64,000 nt of DNA. Source: the human T2T-CHM13v2.0 reference genome, Homo sapiens. Each line of letters starts with the position of its first letter. The first letter of the stretch is position 1. The DNA lies in the NCBI RefSeq assembly GCF_009914755.1, contig NC_060933.1. One strand, 5' to 3'. Position numbers and translations under genes: made by a program. The notes beneath the pieces were generated by a model. The model saw nothing but the letters and a program-made list of their open reading frames with translations. It did not search any database and had not been told where the DNA came from. This document shows positions 27,175 to 40,320 of the stretch, piece by piece.

Positions 27175-27365
27175 AAGAGGTAGTATCGCATAAAAATTAA
27201 AAGCAGGTTCTCTGAAATCAGAGTACTTGAGTTCAAATCCCAGCTCCTCCCAGCTCTACAACTACTTACCTCAGTGGCTTATATATTTTATAGTATCTTT
27301 TTTATAAAGTGCTTAAAACAGTACCTGGTCTATTAAAAAAGACACTCAGCATTATTGACTTTCAT
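27175..27365 (+). mobile_element. MIR fragment
   Basis: 'tctgaaatcagagtacttgagttcaaatcccagctc...aaagtgcttaaaacagtacctgg'. Confidence 0.6.
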
Positions 27366-27399
27366 TTTCTAGTATTTTAATGTTTTATTTTTCTACTCC

Positions 27400-27785
27400 A
27401 CTTTATAATATAAACATTTTCCTGTATTATTTCACAGTCTTCACATTTATAATTTAGATTTCTACCCAGGAGTAAGATGTAGCTATACCACAATTTTCTT
27501 AACCATCTCCCCTATATGACTTTTAATTTATTCCTATTATTAGTTATTATATATGGAATAACATGATCATTTTTAGGTAAAAAGTTTTGTGCTTGGGGGG
27601 CTATACTTGGGCCTATGTATATTTGACCCTATTTTGAATATTTCCATAGGATAGATGCACAGGATTGGAATTTCTTGTGATGAATTATTTAAGGCTTCTG
27701 ATATATATTGCCAAATTCCTTCCAAGAAGAGCACACTGTTTACAGCCCCACCAGCAACACAGGAGAGGACCTGCCCCACTCTGCC
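27400..27785 (-). mobile_element. Ancient L1ME-type fragment
   Basis: 'ttgaatatttccataggatagatgcacaggattggaatttcttg...tttaaggcttctgatatatattgccaaattcctttccaag'. Confidence 0.55.
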
Positions 27786-29591
27786 CTCAATTGTGGTTCA
27801 TTCGATGTAGCATTATCTTCAAGTAGAGCACATGGGAAATCTGCACTACGTAATTTTTCTCATCCCAGTGAAGGCAGATTAAAACTGAAAGGAAAAGCAG
27901 CCTCTAGATGCCATCCAAAAAGGCTGGGAAAATATGTGAGGGTAGAAGCAAGCATGTCTAGTGAAAATAGAAAAATACAATATTCACATTAAAAAAGTAG
28001 TTGCCATCTGTCCTTTCAACAATAAACTAAAAGATGTACACTTAAAGTAATAGTCAACATTGTTATTTTCATTTGATGGCTAGTTTGATTTTCTTTATGG
28101 TAATGTCTAAATAATGGGAAAACAGATAGAATTGCCAATATTAGAATTTCTGCCACAGCCAAAATGTCTAGTTAAGACCCTCTGCAAAGCAAAACAGGAT
28201 AATAGGTGGATTTGACATTTACAGAGGATTTTAGCTTTCATCATTAGATGGATGACTCCAACACAATGACAATAAGTCCTTATCTTCCAATCATATTTTA
28301 ATAGAACAAATTTGCCGTACTCATGAACATGAATAGACACTTGGCAGTGCAGGTTATTTTAATGGACGCATCATTTTAAGCTAAACCTTCTCCATCTGTT
28401 CTGCTCTCTAATTACCAATGAATAAAGTACATAATTCACAATTACGTCATAAATATAAGATCTACATTATATCAACTCATGTCAAAGCTTTTTAATCCAC
28501 ACTATTTGGCATCTGTTTTACAGTATTAATATTTGCTTCATTCTGACAAATCAGGGACAAACACAGTACTTCCTCAGTTAAGAAAATCTGAAATAATTAC
28601 ATGTTTGCAAAAGAGAAAGGAATTTTCTCATACTATTTTATTTTATAATTGTCTTATTGATCAGTATCACTTACCTTCCACTATCATTAGTCCTGTGGGG
28701 TTTAATCTCTCTCTGAGTTGGGCCTTCACAACTTTTATCAGAGTGGAGATGAGTTAAAAGTCACAAAGTGTCAAATTTTGCACGTGCTACAATAATAGTC
28801 AATTTTTAGCTCACTTTAGGAATATAAATGATACAACTGAGAATAGAAAAAATATATAAAATATGTATTTTCATTTTGAAGCTGATTGGATTGATCTGTG
28901 TTTTTATTAGAAGAAAAGCCATAAGAGGAGAGTAAAGAAAGAGAAAAGAAGAGGAAAATAGTGGATAGACCAACCCATCTACCTGCCTACCCCCAAGCTT
29001 TCTCTCACCTTAGGCCGTGGAGATTGAGTGATGTGTGGAATTCCCTGAAAATCATGTCCCCTTGCAGCTTTGCTCTGGGATCCCATTTTCTTGACCATTT
29101 CCTTTGCTTAGCTTTGTCCAGGATGCAGTTCTTCAATTTTTATAATTACCAGTATCTGTTTGTCTTTGCCTATCTGGTTTATTCAAATTTAGAGTATTTT
29201 GAGTTCCCTTTGTGTAGTGTCACCACGGTGACACACTCACATAGAGGTTTAATGGAAGATTTGTTTCTGGTGCTGATGATATAAAACACCAACACAGAAT
29301 TGGAGGGTGCTAAGTGCTTCAGATGGCAGACAGGAGAACTTCCAGTTCAAGGAAGCCAGAAGACTTCCCTTTTGCTGTAGATAAGAGCAATACCACTCAA
29401 GCAAATGAGGCTAGAGAATGTTGGCTTGTGTGCTGGCTTTTACACCAGAGTAAAAATTGTTAGCATTGTTTTCATTAATTATCCTTAATTAATCACTCAG
29501 GAAAGAAGAGCATCTTAGAGATATATTGAGTATCCTGTCAATCAGACAAGCCACAGTTTAGTTGATTCTTCATCTGTCTTCCAATATTGCC

Positions 29592-29600
<9 letters not shown>

Positions 29601-29641
<41 letters not shown>
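29601..29641 (+). repeat. (TA)20 microsatellite
   Basis: Direct reading. Confidence 0.97.
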
Positions 29642-29643
<2 letters not shown>

Positions 29644-29718
29644 TATACCATTTATTATCTCATTATGATTTTTTCACATGTCTGTTTCCAAATAGACGAG
29701 GGAGACCAATAGGTCAGA

Positions 29719-30100
29719 ATTATGGGCTGAAACGAGTCTCCCGCCAAAATTTATATGATAAAATCCTCTCTCCAGTACCTCAGACTACATTTGAAGATAC
29801 GGTCTTTAAAACAGGAAATTAAGGTTATATGAGTCATTGGGGTGGGCCTTAATCCAACGTGAGTGGTGTCTTCGTAAGAAAAGGAGGTAAGGACATAGGC
29901 ATGAACAAAGAAAAGACTATGTGGAGACGCAGAGAGAAGAGGGTGATCCTCAAGCCAAGGAAAGAGGCCTCAGAATAAACCAATCCTGCCGACTTTCTGA
30001 TCTCAGACTTCTGGCCTCCAGAACTAAGAGAAAAGACATTTTTGCTGTTTAAGCCACCCAGTTTGTGGTACTTTGTGATGGCTGCCCTAGAAGACCAATA
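29719..30100 (+). mobile_element. MaLR solo LTR, MLT1B-like
   Basis: 'ttatgggctgaa...ggtgggccttaatccaa...caagccaaggaaagaggcctcagaa...tttaagccacccagtttgtggtactttgtgatggctgccctag'. Confidence 0.85.
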
Positions 30101-30349
30101 ATCTGGGACTAAATTTTATTCATGTTTCCATCTCTTTCCAGAGTATATGTTGGATGAATATCTTAATTAAATTTTATTGATTAAAAATTATAAGCCTCGG
30201 TCCTTTGCCTTTCTTTGCTTCAGAAAGCTTACTACTTATATACTTCCAGGGTTTATTGTAAAAGGGAAAGCAATAATACAGAGACTCAATTAGAAGACAG
30301 AGCTCTGGAAATTTCAGCAGGGGAGCCAATAGAGGAACATAAAGAGAAA

Positions 30350-30893
30350 TGTATCAGTCAGGATAAGCAGATTATACTGCACTGGCAGAAAACCCACAAT
30401 TTCTGTAGTTTGCCATATTTTTAGATTATTTCTCATTCATTCCTCCTAGCCATTTGAGGTCACCGTGGAGTCTAGACTGGTACAGCAGTCTTTTTCTGCT
30501 TTTCCAGAAGGAGAAGGATAAAGGACATGGTGAGCCATCACTCTAATCTACAGCTAAAGTAAAGTCTCCTGGCTTCTTTCAATTAGAAGTTCTCCCATCT
30601 GCCATTTGAAGCACTTAGCACCTTCCAACTCTTTGTTGGTGTTTTACATAATTGTCACCAGAAACAAGTCTTTCGTTAAACCTCTACAAGAGTGTGTCAC
30701 ACAAAGAGGACTCAAAGGGAATCAAGCCTATTCTCAAAGCTTTTATATTGAGGTGACATAAATCATTTCTGTCTACATTTCATTGGTCAAAGCAAGTCAC
30801 ATGGCCACTCTTAAATTTATCATGGATGAGATGTGTAATCTTCCCACTGTAAGGGACATCACAGGGTAGTTTGGATATGAATATCCATCACAA
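30350..30893 (-). mobile_element. MaLR solo LTR, MLT1J/K-like, interrupted at ~30541-30716 by an inverted copy of upstream DNA
   Basis: 'tgtatcagtcaggataagc...ggacatggtgagccatca' [insert] 'ctcaaagctttt...gaggtgacataaatcatttctgtctacatttcattggtcaaagcaagtcacatggccac'. Confidence 0.65.
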
Positions 30894-32927
30894 AGTATGA
30901 TATTAAAAGGAAACTGAAAGTTAAAAGTGGTGGACAACAGTTCAAAACCCACAAACACACACTGTGTTTTTCCCTTGTACAAATAATGAATGTTAATTTA
31001 CTTAAAATTAAGGCAATGAATAAAAGTATTAATTATTTAAATCTATAATTACCTCATCTTCTAGAGACAATCTCCGTTAACATGTCAGTGTAAACACATT
31101 TATCTCCTCAGTCTTTCGTTTAACAAAATAAACATTTTTACCCACATAGCTCCTTTCACAGGTCTTTTTGTCCTAAACTTTTTGAGGAATGTGGTAATGG
31201 TGATGGCCGATCCACTTCTGTACCTGCTCCCAGGATATTTCCCACATGGATTCAGTTCAGTTCCACCTGGAACTATATCTTGTCTCCATCCAAACACAAG
31301 TTGCACACATTTAGAACCCTCTGTTCAGAGTACTTTTTAGTGCCCAGGTCTGTGAAAGGCAGATAATGAATTGGTGACGAGAGGGAGAAGAGTGGCTATT
31401 GGAAACAGTTTTGAGCTTCCTCCTCTGTGGCCCTTGTTCCTCTGTAATTACCCCACTAGCTCACCCCAACCTTTCACTCAGTTTTTTGTCTGCCCTTCCT
31501 ACTTCTCTTCTTCCTGCACATCTGTCTTGTCTAGCGTCTTGGAAAAGAGAAACTGACCTTGAAGGTATGCCTCCAAAGAATCTGTGTATTACGAATATAG
31601 TTTTTTTTGATTTGTTGTTCCTGCTTCCTCGTGAACTTGGGAAAGTGGAATTGGCTTTTGGGGTGGAAAAATTGCTCTGAGTGTCCAACTAAGAAAGACA
31701 AAAAAGGTGACTTGAACCAAGATAGCCAACTAGATGCAGCCAAGAAGAGCTTCTTCCACTGAGAGAGGCCAGGCCATTAAGTAAATTGGCACATTATGAA
31801 CATATCTTTTGGAAAGAAGTCATTGAGAATGGACAGAGGGAGGGTGCAGAAACTTGACTGAAAGGGAAGGAAGCATGGGGTTGCCAAGGAAGGAAGCATG
31901 GGGTTGCCCAGAACCAGGGCACATTTCTGGCCCCATGCAGCCCTAACGAAGGTATAAATGAAACGGGTAAAGTGGCTCACTCTCACCGTGACCCTCTGGA
32001 ATCCTAGTTGTAGGAGACCCCACGACCCACATGGATATTTGAGCTGTCAGCGAGAACTTCCCAGAAAGCAGAAAGACACAGAACTCCAGCCAGCACGAAG
32101 CCTACAGGATTTGGCATGGGAACTGCTTAAGTGGAGCACAGCCATAGGTGCCCATCCCCCAAGGACTGCCATGATCCTGTAGGAAGCTTTAGCCTTTCTT
32201 GGCTGCTATACCTGGACAGAACAGGGCCATCTTGGCCTGTGGGATGCAGCCAGTCTGATGTGAGTACCCTCCTGTCTGCCAGCCCATCTCCAGTCCCTGC
32301 CTGGTCCCACCCACTTGCAGCACAGGCTCAGCTGACCAGCCAAGGTGCTTGCCAACAGCCACCATGAGAGTTCTTTCACTGGCAAGCTCCATCTAACAAT
32401 TGGAGAACTTCTGGAGATGGGCCCTGACTGGCAAGCACCCACTTACAGCCCTCTCCTGCCAGTGTGCACTCATTCAGTCTCCCATACTGTTTTGCCAGTG
32501 CATGCGGAAACTGCCAGTCACTGCCACAGGTGCACACACACACCTGTGTGACTTAGCAGTGGTCACTTGGGGCCCTCCACCGCCTACCTCCTTCCCACGG
32601 AAGTGATTTAACCAGATTCCTCATCTGAATGTTGTTGTCAGCAGATAGGGAACACCTCAGCCCCTCAAGCACAATAGATGATTAACCTTGAGGGGCCAGA
32701 GAAAAAAGCTGCAGGTCTAGTCCTAGCCCTCCAGGGTGAGAGCACAAAGTCTAGGAGTGCTGAGCTGAGTGTTTGGCCCCCTGAAATCATCCAGAAACAA
32801 AGCCAGTTGACTAAACCCAATATTATATACCACAGTCAAATCCTCAAAGGCATCAAAGAATATAAAAGGAAAAAGCTTCATCCAAAGATAGCAACTTCAA
32901 AGATTAAAGGAACAGTAGAGCACACAG

Positions 32928-33940
32928 ATAAACAAACAAACAAACAGAACAAGAACTCTAGTAACTCTAAAAGCCACAGTCTTCCCTTACCTCAAAGCAA
33001 CCACACTAGCTTCCCAGCAATGGTTCTTAACTGGACTGAAATGGCAGACACAGAATTCAGAATCTGGATGGCCACAAGGATCATTAAGATCCAGGAAGAT
33101 TTGAAACCCAAGGAATCTAAGGAATCCAATAAAACGATACAACAGCTGAAAGACCAAATAGCCCTTTTAAGAAAGAAACAAACTGGTTGAGAACTCAAAA
33201 ACTCATGACAGGAATTTCATAACACAATTAGAAGTATGTTAACAGCAGAATAGAGTAAAATGAGGAAAGCATCTCAGAGCTCAAAGACCAGTTCTTCAAA
33301 TCAACTCAATTAGACAAAAGTAAAGAAAAAAGAATTTTATAAAATGAAAAAACCTCTGATATATATGGGATTAGACCAAACCTACAACTCATTGGCATCC
33401 CAGAAAGAGAAGAAGAGACAGAAAGCGACTTGGAAAACATAATTTGAGGATATTGTCCACAAAAATTTCCCCAACATTGCTAGAGTAGTCAAAATGCAAA
33501 TTCAGGAAATCCAGAGAACCCCAGTAAAACACTATATAAGACAACCATCTCCAAGACATACAGTCGTAAGATTTTCCAAGGTCAGTGTGAAAGAAACAAT
33601 ATTAAAGTCAGTTAGAGAGAAGGGCCAGGTCATGTACAAAGGGAAACTCATCAGGCTAAGAGTGAACATTTCAGCAGAAACCTTAAAAGCCAGAAGACAT
33701 CAGAGACCTACATTCAGCATCCTTAGAAAAAAGAAATTCCAACCAAGAATTTCTTTTCCAGCCAAACTCAGCTTCATAACAAATGACAAATAAAATTCTT
33801 TTCAGGAAAGCAAAGGCTAAGGGAATTCATTAGCACCAGACCTGCCTTACAAGAGATCCTTAAGGGAGTGCTACACATGGAAACAAAAGAACCTTATCTG
33901 CCAGAACAAAAACATATTTTTCACACTACGTACTTAAGTA
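32928..33940 (+). pseudogene. L1 ORF1p remnant (disrupted)
   Basis: ORF 33494..33793 'MQIQEIQRTP...SPRHTVVRFSKV...KFQPRISFPAKLSF' is the ORF1 RRM/CTD region; start codon decayed, stops and frameshifts. Confidence 0.85.
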
Positions 33941-34003
33941 CATAGCCCACTGATGCTATAAAGCAACTATACAATTAAGTCTATATAACAATCAGCTAAC
34001 AAG

Positions 34004-37000
34004 ATGACAAGATAAAATCCTGATATATCAATATTAACCTTGAATATAAATAAGCTAAATGCCCCATTTAAAAGACATAGAGTGGCAGGTTGGATAAAGA
34101 AGCAAGACTCCACTGAATGCTGTCTTTAAGAGATCCATCTCACATGCAATGACACCAATAGGCTAAACTAAAGGGATAGTGATAGATCTATCATGCAAAT
34201 GGAAAGCAAAAGAGAGCAGGAGGTGCTATTCTTATTTCAGATAAAACAGACTTTAAATGAACAATGATCAAAAAGGACAAAGAAGGGCATTACATAATGA
34301 TAAAGGGTTCAGTTCAACAAGAAAACTTAACTATCCTAAATATGTATATGCACACAACAGTGGAGCACTAAGATTCATAAAACAAGTTCTTAGATACTTA
34401 TGAAGAGAAGTAGATAACCACATAATAATAGTGAAAGACTTCAACACCCCACTGACAGTGTCAGATCATTGAGGCAGTAAACTGACAAAAATATTTAGTA
34501 ACTAAAAAACACTTGACCAAATAGACCCAATAGACAACAACAGAACACTCCACTCCATAAAAGAATGCAATTCTTCTCATCTGCACATGGCACATAATCT
34601 AAGATCAACCATATGCTCGGCCATAAAGAAATTCTCAACAAATTTAAATGTATATATGCCAACCACACTCTTGGACCACCACACAGTAAAAATAGAAATT
34701 GTTACCAAGAAGATATCTCAAAACCATACAATTACATGGAAATTAAACAACCTGCTTTTGAATGACTTTGGAGTAAAAAATGAAACTAAGTCAAAAATCA
34801 AGAAATTATTTGAAACAGATGACAACAAAGATACAACATACAAGAATCACTGGGACACAGCTAAAGAAGTGTTAAGAGGAAAGTTTATAGCCCTAAACAA
34901 CTACATCAAAAAGTCAGAAAGGTCTCAAATTAACAATCTAACATCACACTTTCAGGAATTCAAAAGAAAGGAATTCAAACCAATCCCAAAGCTAGCAGAA
35001 GAAAAGAAAGAAGGAAAATCAAAGTGGAAATGAATGAAATTGAGATGTGGAAATGCATACAAAAGATCAACAAAACAAAGTTGATGATATGGTTTGGCTG
35101 TGTCACGACCCAAATCTCATCTTGAATTGTAGTTCCCATAATCCTCACATGTTATGGGGGGGGGACAAGGTGGAAGGTAATTGAATCATGGGGTTGGTTA
35201 TCACCATGCTGCTGTTCTTGTGAAAGAGAGTTCTCATGAGATCTGATGGTTTTATAAAGTGATTTGCCCCTTTTGCTCGGCACTTCTCTTTGCTGCCATC
35301 ATGTGAAGAAGGACACGTTTGCTTCCCTTTCCACCACGATTGTAAGTTTCCTGAGGCCTCACTGCCCTGTGTGACTGTGAGTCAATTAAACCTCTTTCCT
35401 TTATAAATTGCCCAATCTCAAGTATGTCTTTATTAGATGCATGAGAATGAACTAATACAGTTGGTTGCTAAAACAATAAAGAAGACTGTTAGACTACTAG
35501 CTAGACCAATAAAGAAAAAGGAGAGAAGATCCAAATAAACACAATCAGAAATAACAAAGGAGACATTACCACAAACCCTACAGAAATGCACCAAAAAAAA
35601 AAAAAAAAAACCCTCAGAGACTGTTATGAATACCTCAATGCACACAAACTGGAAAACCCAGAAGAAATGAATAAATTCCTGGAAATGTACAATCTGCCAA
35701 AGTTGAACCAGGGAGAAATTCAATACCTGAACAGACCAATAATGATTTCCAAAATAGAATCAGTAATTCTTAAAACCTACCAACAAACTGAAACAAATGG
35801 ATTCACAGACAAATTCTCCCAGGTATATAAAGACATGGTACCAATCCTACTGAAACTGTTCCAAAATATTGAAGAGGAGGAACTCTTTGCTAACTCATTA
35901 TATGAGGCCAGCATTATTCTGATACCAAAACTTGGCAGAGACACACAAAAAAAGAAAACTACAGGCCAATATCCCTTATGAACATAGAAATAAAAATCCT
36001 CAACAAAATAGTAGCAAATCAAATCCAGCAGCACATCAAAAAACTAATCAAACATGGTCAAGTAGGCTTTTTTTCCAGGAATCCAAGGTTGGTTGAACAT
36101 ATGCAAATCAATAAATGTGATTGATCACATAAACCGAACTAAAAACAAAAGCCATATGATTATCTCAATAAATGCAGAAAAGGCTTTCAACAAAATTCAA
36201 TATCCCTTCATGTTAAAAACCTTCAACAAATTATGCATCACAGCAACATACCTCAAAATAATAACGGCCATCTATGACAAACCCACAGCCAACATTATAC
36301 TGAATGGGCAAATGCTGGAAGCATTGCCTTTAAGAACTGAAAAAAGACAAGGATACCCACTTTCACCACTGCTATTTAACGTAGTACTGGAAGTCCTAAC
36401 CAGAGCAATCAGGCAGGAAAAATAATAAAATGCTCCAAATAGGAAAAGAAGAAGTCAAACTATGTCTCTTTGTTGGTAATATAATCATATACATAGAAAA
36501 CCCCAAAGACTCTACCAACAGGCTCCTAGAACTGATAAATGACATCAGTAAAGTTTCAGGATACAAAATCAATGTACAAAACTCAGTAGCATTTCTATAC
36601 ACCAACAACATTCTAGCTGTGAATCAAATCAAGAACACAATCCCATTTTCAATAAACACACAAAAAATGAAGTAATTAGGAATATAGCTAAACAAGCAGG
36701 TCTCTACAAAGATCTCTACAAGGAGAACTAAAAACTGCTGAAATAAATCAGAGATATTACAAATAAATTAAAATACATTCCATGCTTATGGATGGAAGCA
36801 CCAATATTGTTAAAATGGCCATACTGCCCAAAGCAATCTACAGATTAAACACTATTCTTGTCAAACCACCAATGTCATTTTTCACAGAATTATAAATATT
36901 CTAAAATTCATATGGAACCAAAAAATAGCCTGAAGAGCAAAAGTAATCCTAAGCAAAAAGAACAAAGCTGGAGGCATCACCCTATCTGACTTCAAACTAT

Positions 37001-38180
37001 ACTACAAGGCTACAGTAACCAAAGCAGCATGGTATTGCTACAAAAAAAAGTTACATAGACTAATGAAGCAGATTAGAGAACCCAGAATTAAAGCCACATA
37101 CTTATAACCATCAGATCTTCAACGACATTAATGATGACAAACAATGGGAGAAGGATTCCCTATTCAATAAATAGTGCTGGGGTAACAGGAAAGCCATATG
37201 TAGAAGACTGAAATTTGACCCCAACATTTTACTATATGCAAAAATTAACTCAAAATAGATTAAGGATTTAAATAGTAGAACTCAAACAATATGAATCCTG
37301 GAAAGAAAATGTAGAAAACACCATTGTAGACACTGGACTTGGGAAAAAATTTATCACTAAATCCTAAAAAGAATTGCCACAAAAATAAAACTTGACAAGT
37401 GGGACCTAATTAAACTAAATGGCCACTGCACAGCAAAAGACACTATCAATGGAAACAACAGACAACCCGCAGAATGGAAGAAAATATTTCCAAGCTATGC
37501 GTCTGACAAAGGTCTAACATTCAGAATTTATAAGGAACTTAATAAGCAAAAAACAACCCCATTTTTAAAAATGAGCCAATAACATGAAAAGATACTTTTT
37601 CAAAGAAGACATACATACAGCCAACAAGCATTTGAAAAGATTCTCAGCATCACTAATCATTAGAGAAATGCAAAACAAAACCACAATAAGACACCATCTC
37701 ATACCAGTCAGAATGGCTATTATTAAATAGTCAAGAAAATAACAGATTTTGGTGAGGCTTTGGAAAGGGAACACATACACACTTCTAGTGGAAATACAAG
37801 TTAGTTCAGCCACTGTGGAAAGCAGTTTGGAGTTTTCTCAAATAACTTAAAACAGAGCTACCATTCAACCCAGCAATCCCATTACTGGGTACGTGCTCAA
37901 AGGAATACAAATCATTCTACCATAAAGACATATACATGCATATGCTCATCATAGCACTTTTCACAATAGCAAAGGTTTGGAATCAACCTCGATGCCCATC
38001 AATGGTGGACTGGATAAAGGTGGCACATATATACCATGGAATACTACGCAGCCACAAAAAAAGAATGAGATCCTGTCCTCGTCAGCAACACCGATGCAGC
38101 TGGAGGCCATTATCCTAAGCAAATTAACACAGGAGCAGAAAACCAAATACCACATGTTCTTACTTATAAGTGGGTGCTAA
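34004..38180 (+). pseudogene. L1 ORF2p (endonuclease/reverse transcriptase) remnant, interrupted by THE1 LTR
   Basis: Fragments '[11 protein letters not shown]', '[10 protein letters not shown]', '[18 protein letters not shown]', '[12 protein letters not shown]'; the RT FADD motif reads 'LFVGN'; C-terminus 'QEQKTKYHMFLLISGC*'. Confidence 0.9.
35085..35459 (+). mobile_element. THE1 (C/D-like) MaLR solo LTR nested in L1 ORF2
   Basis: 'tgatatggtttggctgtgtc...cccaaatctcatcttgaattgtagttccc...actaataca'; 5-bp TSD gttga/gttgg. Confidence 0.92.
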
Positions 38181-39769
38181 GCAATGAATACACATGGAGA
38201 CAAAGAGGGGAACAATAGACACCAAGACATAATCGATGGTGCAGGGTGGGAGGAGAAGGAGGATTGAAAAACTACGTATTGGGTCTATGCTCACTACCTG
38301 AGTGACAAAATCATGTGTACACCAAACCCCAGTGACACACAGTTTACCCATGTAACAAGCCTGCACATGTACCCCCAAACCTAAAATAAAAGTTAGAAAA
38401 AAAAAAGGAGAACTATGCAGGAAAAACATAGAAAAGACTACTTGGCAATGTGATCCTACCATCCAGGCAAAAATGGAATTGTGCTGTGTACATTATTTCA
38501 TCACTTGCTCTGTCACTTGCCCCTATGTACTTTGCCATGGTCAAGAGCATTTCCCATTCCAGTCTCCTCTATTGGAGCATGTTTAGCATCTTCACCCACT
38601 TCCTGTGAGGAAGATATTTTTCTATCAGTGATAAACAAGATGTATCATATGAAATTAGGTGCAATCAATGCTTGTTTGTTGACTTTTAATTTGGAGAAAG
38701 GATAGGCGGGCAGGCTCCCCAAAAGGAAAGATAGTCATGGCTTATTTTGGAGGTCAGTTAAGATAAAACATTCATTGTATCTACCCTTCCTTCCCAGTTA
38801 TCTGGGACCTTCCTCGCCATGCTTTTGCTGCTATTATTTTAAGCACTGACCCAAGCAAAGAAAATGGAAGTAGGAATGGTTTCCTGGAACATCAGCTGAT
38901 AGGAAAAATCATGTTAAAAAAATCAATATCAATGCTGTAGGTAAATTATTAGTATTTAGGAAAGAATGAGAACTGAGTCAACTGTCAACATTTCTTTATG
39001 AAGTATTAAGCTTTACGAGGTAAAGAAATTTTTTTTCTAATATTTGTTATATCAAATTCGGTTCAGTTAATTCCTATGATGTCTGTTCTGAATGCTTGAA
39101 GTGTTTCATTCTGTTTTCTAAAAAAAAGTTTTGGAAAAACAAAAAGCCTGTAATCTTTTGCATGCATTTTGCATTTAACACAATGATTGGAAAATCTGTA
39201 ATTGGAGATTAGGTTTCCTAAGTCCCTTTTTGGGTCCAGTCTGCATTCCTGAGCAACTCATTACAGAGTGACTTCAGATTTTCTTCTCCCATGCCATGAA
39301 ATAAGTTTTCAGAACTTTCTTTCTGAATCTCAGTTGTAGATATCAAATGTGCTGTCAACAATAATTGAGGATGTGACTGAAAGAAGTTACATTTTAAGAA
39401 GTTTCTGTTTACATATTTTATATGGATTGCAAAATGCCCTCTTATCCTCTATGGTTATGGAATGTTCACTCTTACCTTCCATAATTACTGCACACTATTT
39501 GATTTACAGGTTACACCAGAAATGACAATCTTGTTTCCAGTTACCCTAAAATAAATAAATAAATAAATAAAAATAAAAATAAAAACAGAATTTTTTAGCA
39601 GATACTATCCCAAATATGTTTGCCTGCCTATGGAAGGATTAATCCAACCTTGTATTTAAAATTTTTATTATAAGCAACAGATTTGATTCCTGGCTTGGAA
39701 ACTTGCTATTCACTCTCTGTGGAAATTCAGTGTAGACTGCTTCAGCTGCCCTTCCCACTTCCACAACAT

Positions 39770-40320
39770 GGCCACAACCAAATTTCCCCTATTACCTACT
39801 GTATTCCCAGCCTTTCTGTTTAAACAGAGCTACTTGCCATTCTTTAAGTGCATTCCAGTTTGATTTGCTTGTCTTTGCTCAAACTACTTCTTCTGAACAT
39901 CTGCATCCTTTACTCCCTGCCTATGCTACTGAAATCCATCTCTTAGAATCCACCCGTCCTTCCAAGCCCTGTTCAGATATCATCTGTACTCTATGGAGTT
40001 ATCAGCTAACTCCCTATGGACATAATCTCTCACTTCACTTGTTCTTCGGTGCTGTTTATAATGCAATAATTCTTTCATCCCCTCTATTATTTAGTAAGTC
40101 CCTTGACTATGGAGACAATACTATAACCATTTAAAATCTTTTGCAGCCCCCCAGCACAGGGCCTGGCACATAATATAGGTGCTAGAAAAATCTTTACTGA
40201 ATAGACTGAGCTTCTTGAAGGGGAGCGTCACAGTTTGGAGTTCTTTTGCAGCCTCAGCATCTTGCATCTTGTGTTAACCCAAATTTGGTACTTAGGTAAT
40301 ATAGGTTGAATGAATTGAAA
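39770..40320 (+). mobile_element. L2 3' fragments
   Basis: 'ccccagcacagggcctggcacataatataggtgct...tttactgaat' and 'ggtacttaggtaatataggttgaatgaattgaa' are L2 3' ends. Confidence 0.6.

Larger units (their letters stand above)
29198..30716. repeat. Long-range inverted repeat: arms 29198-29387 / 30541-30716, 1153-bp spacer
   Basis: Manual alignment: 29228-29387 vs revcomp 30541-30700 = 134/160 ungapped; plus 14/16 outer block separated by a 14-nt indel. Confidence 0.93.
31706..38406 (+). mobile_element. Near-full-length LINE-1, L1PA15/L1PA16-like
   Basis: 5' UTR 'gaaccaagatagccaactagatgcagcc', ORF1 and ORF2 remnants, 3' UTR 'aaaaactacgtattgggtctatgctcactacctgagtgac...aataaaagttag' plus A tail. 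Confidence 0.9.
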
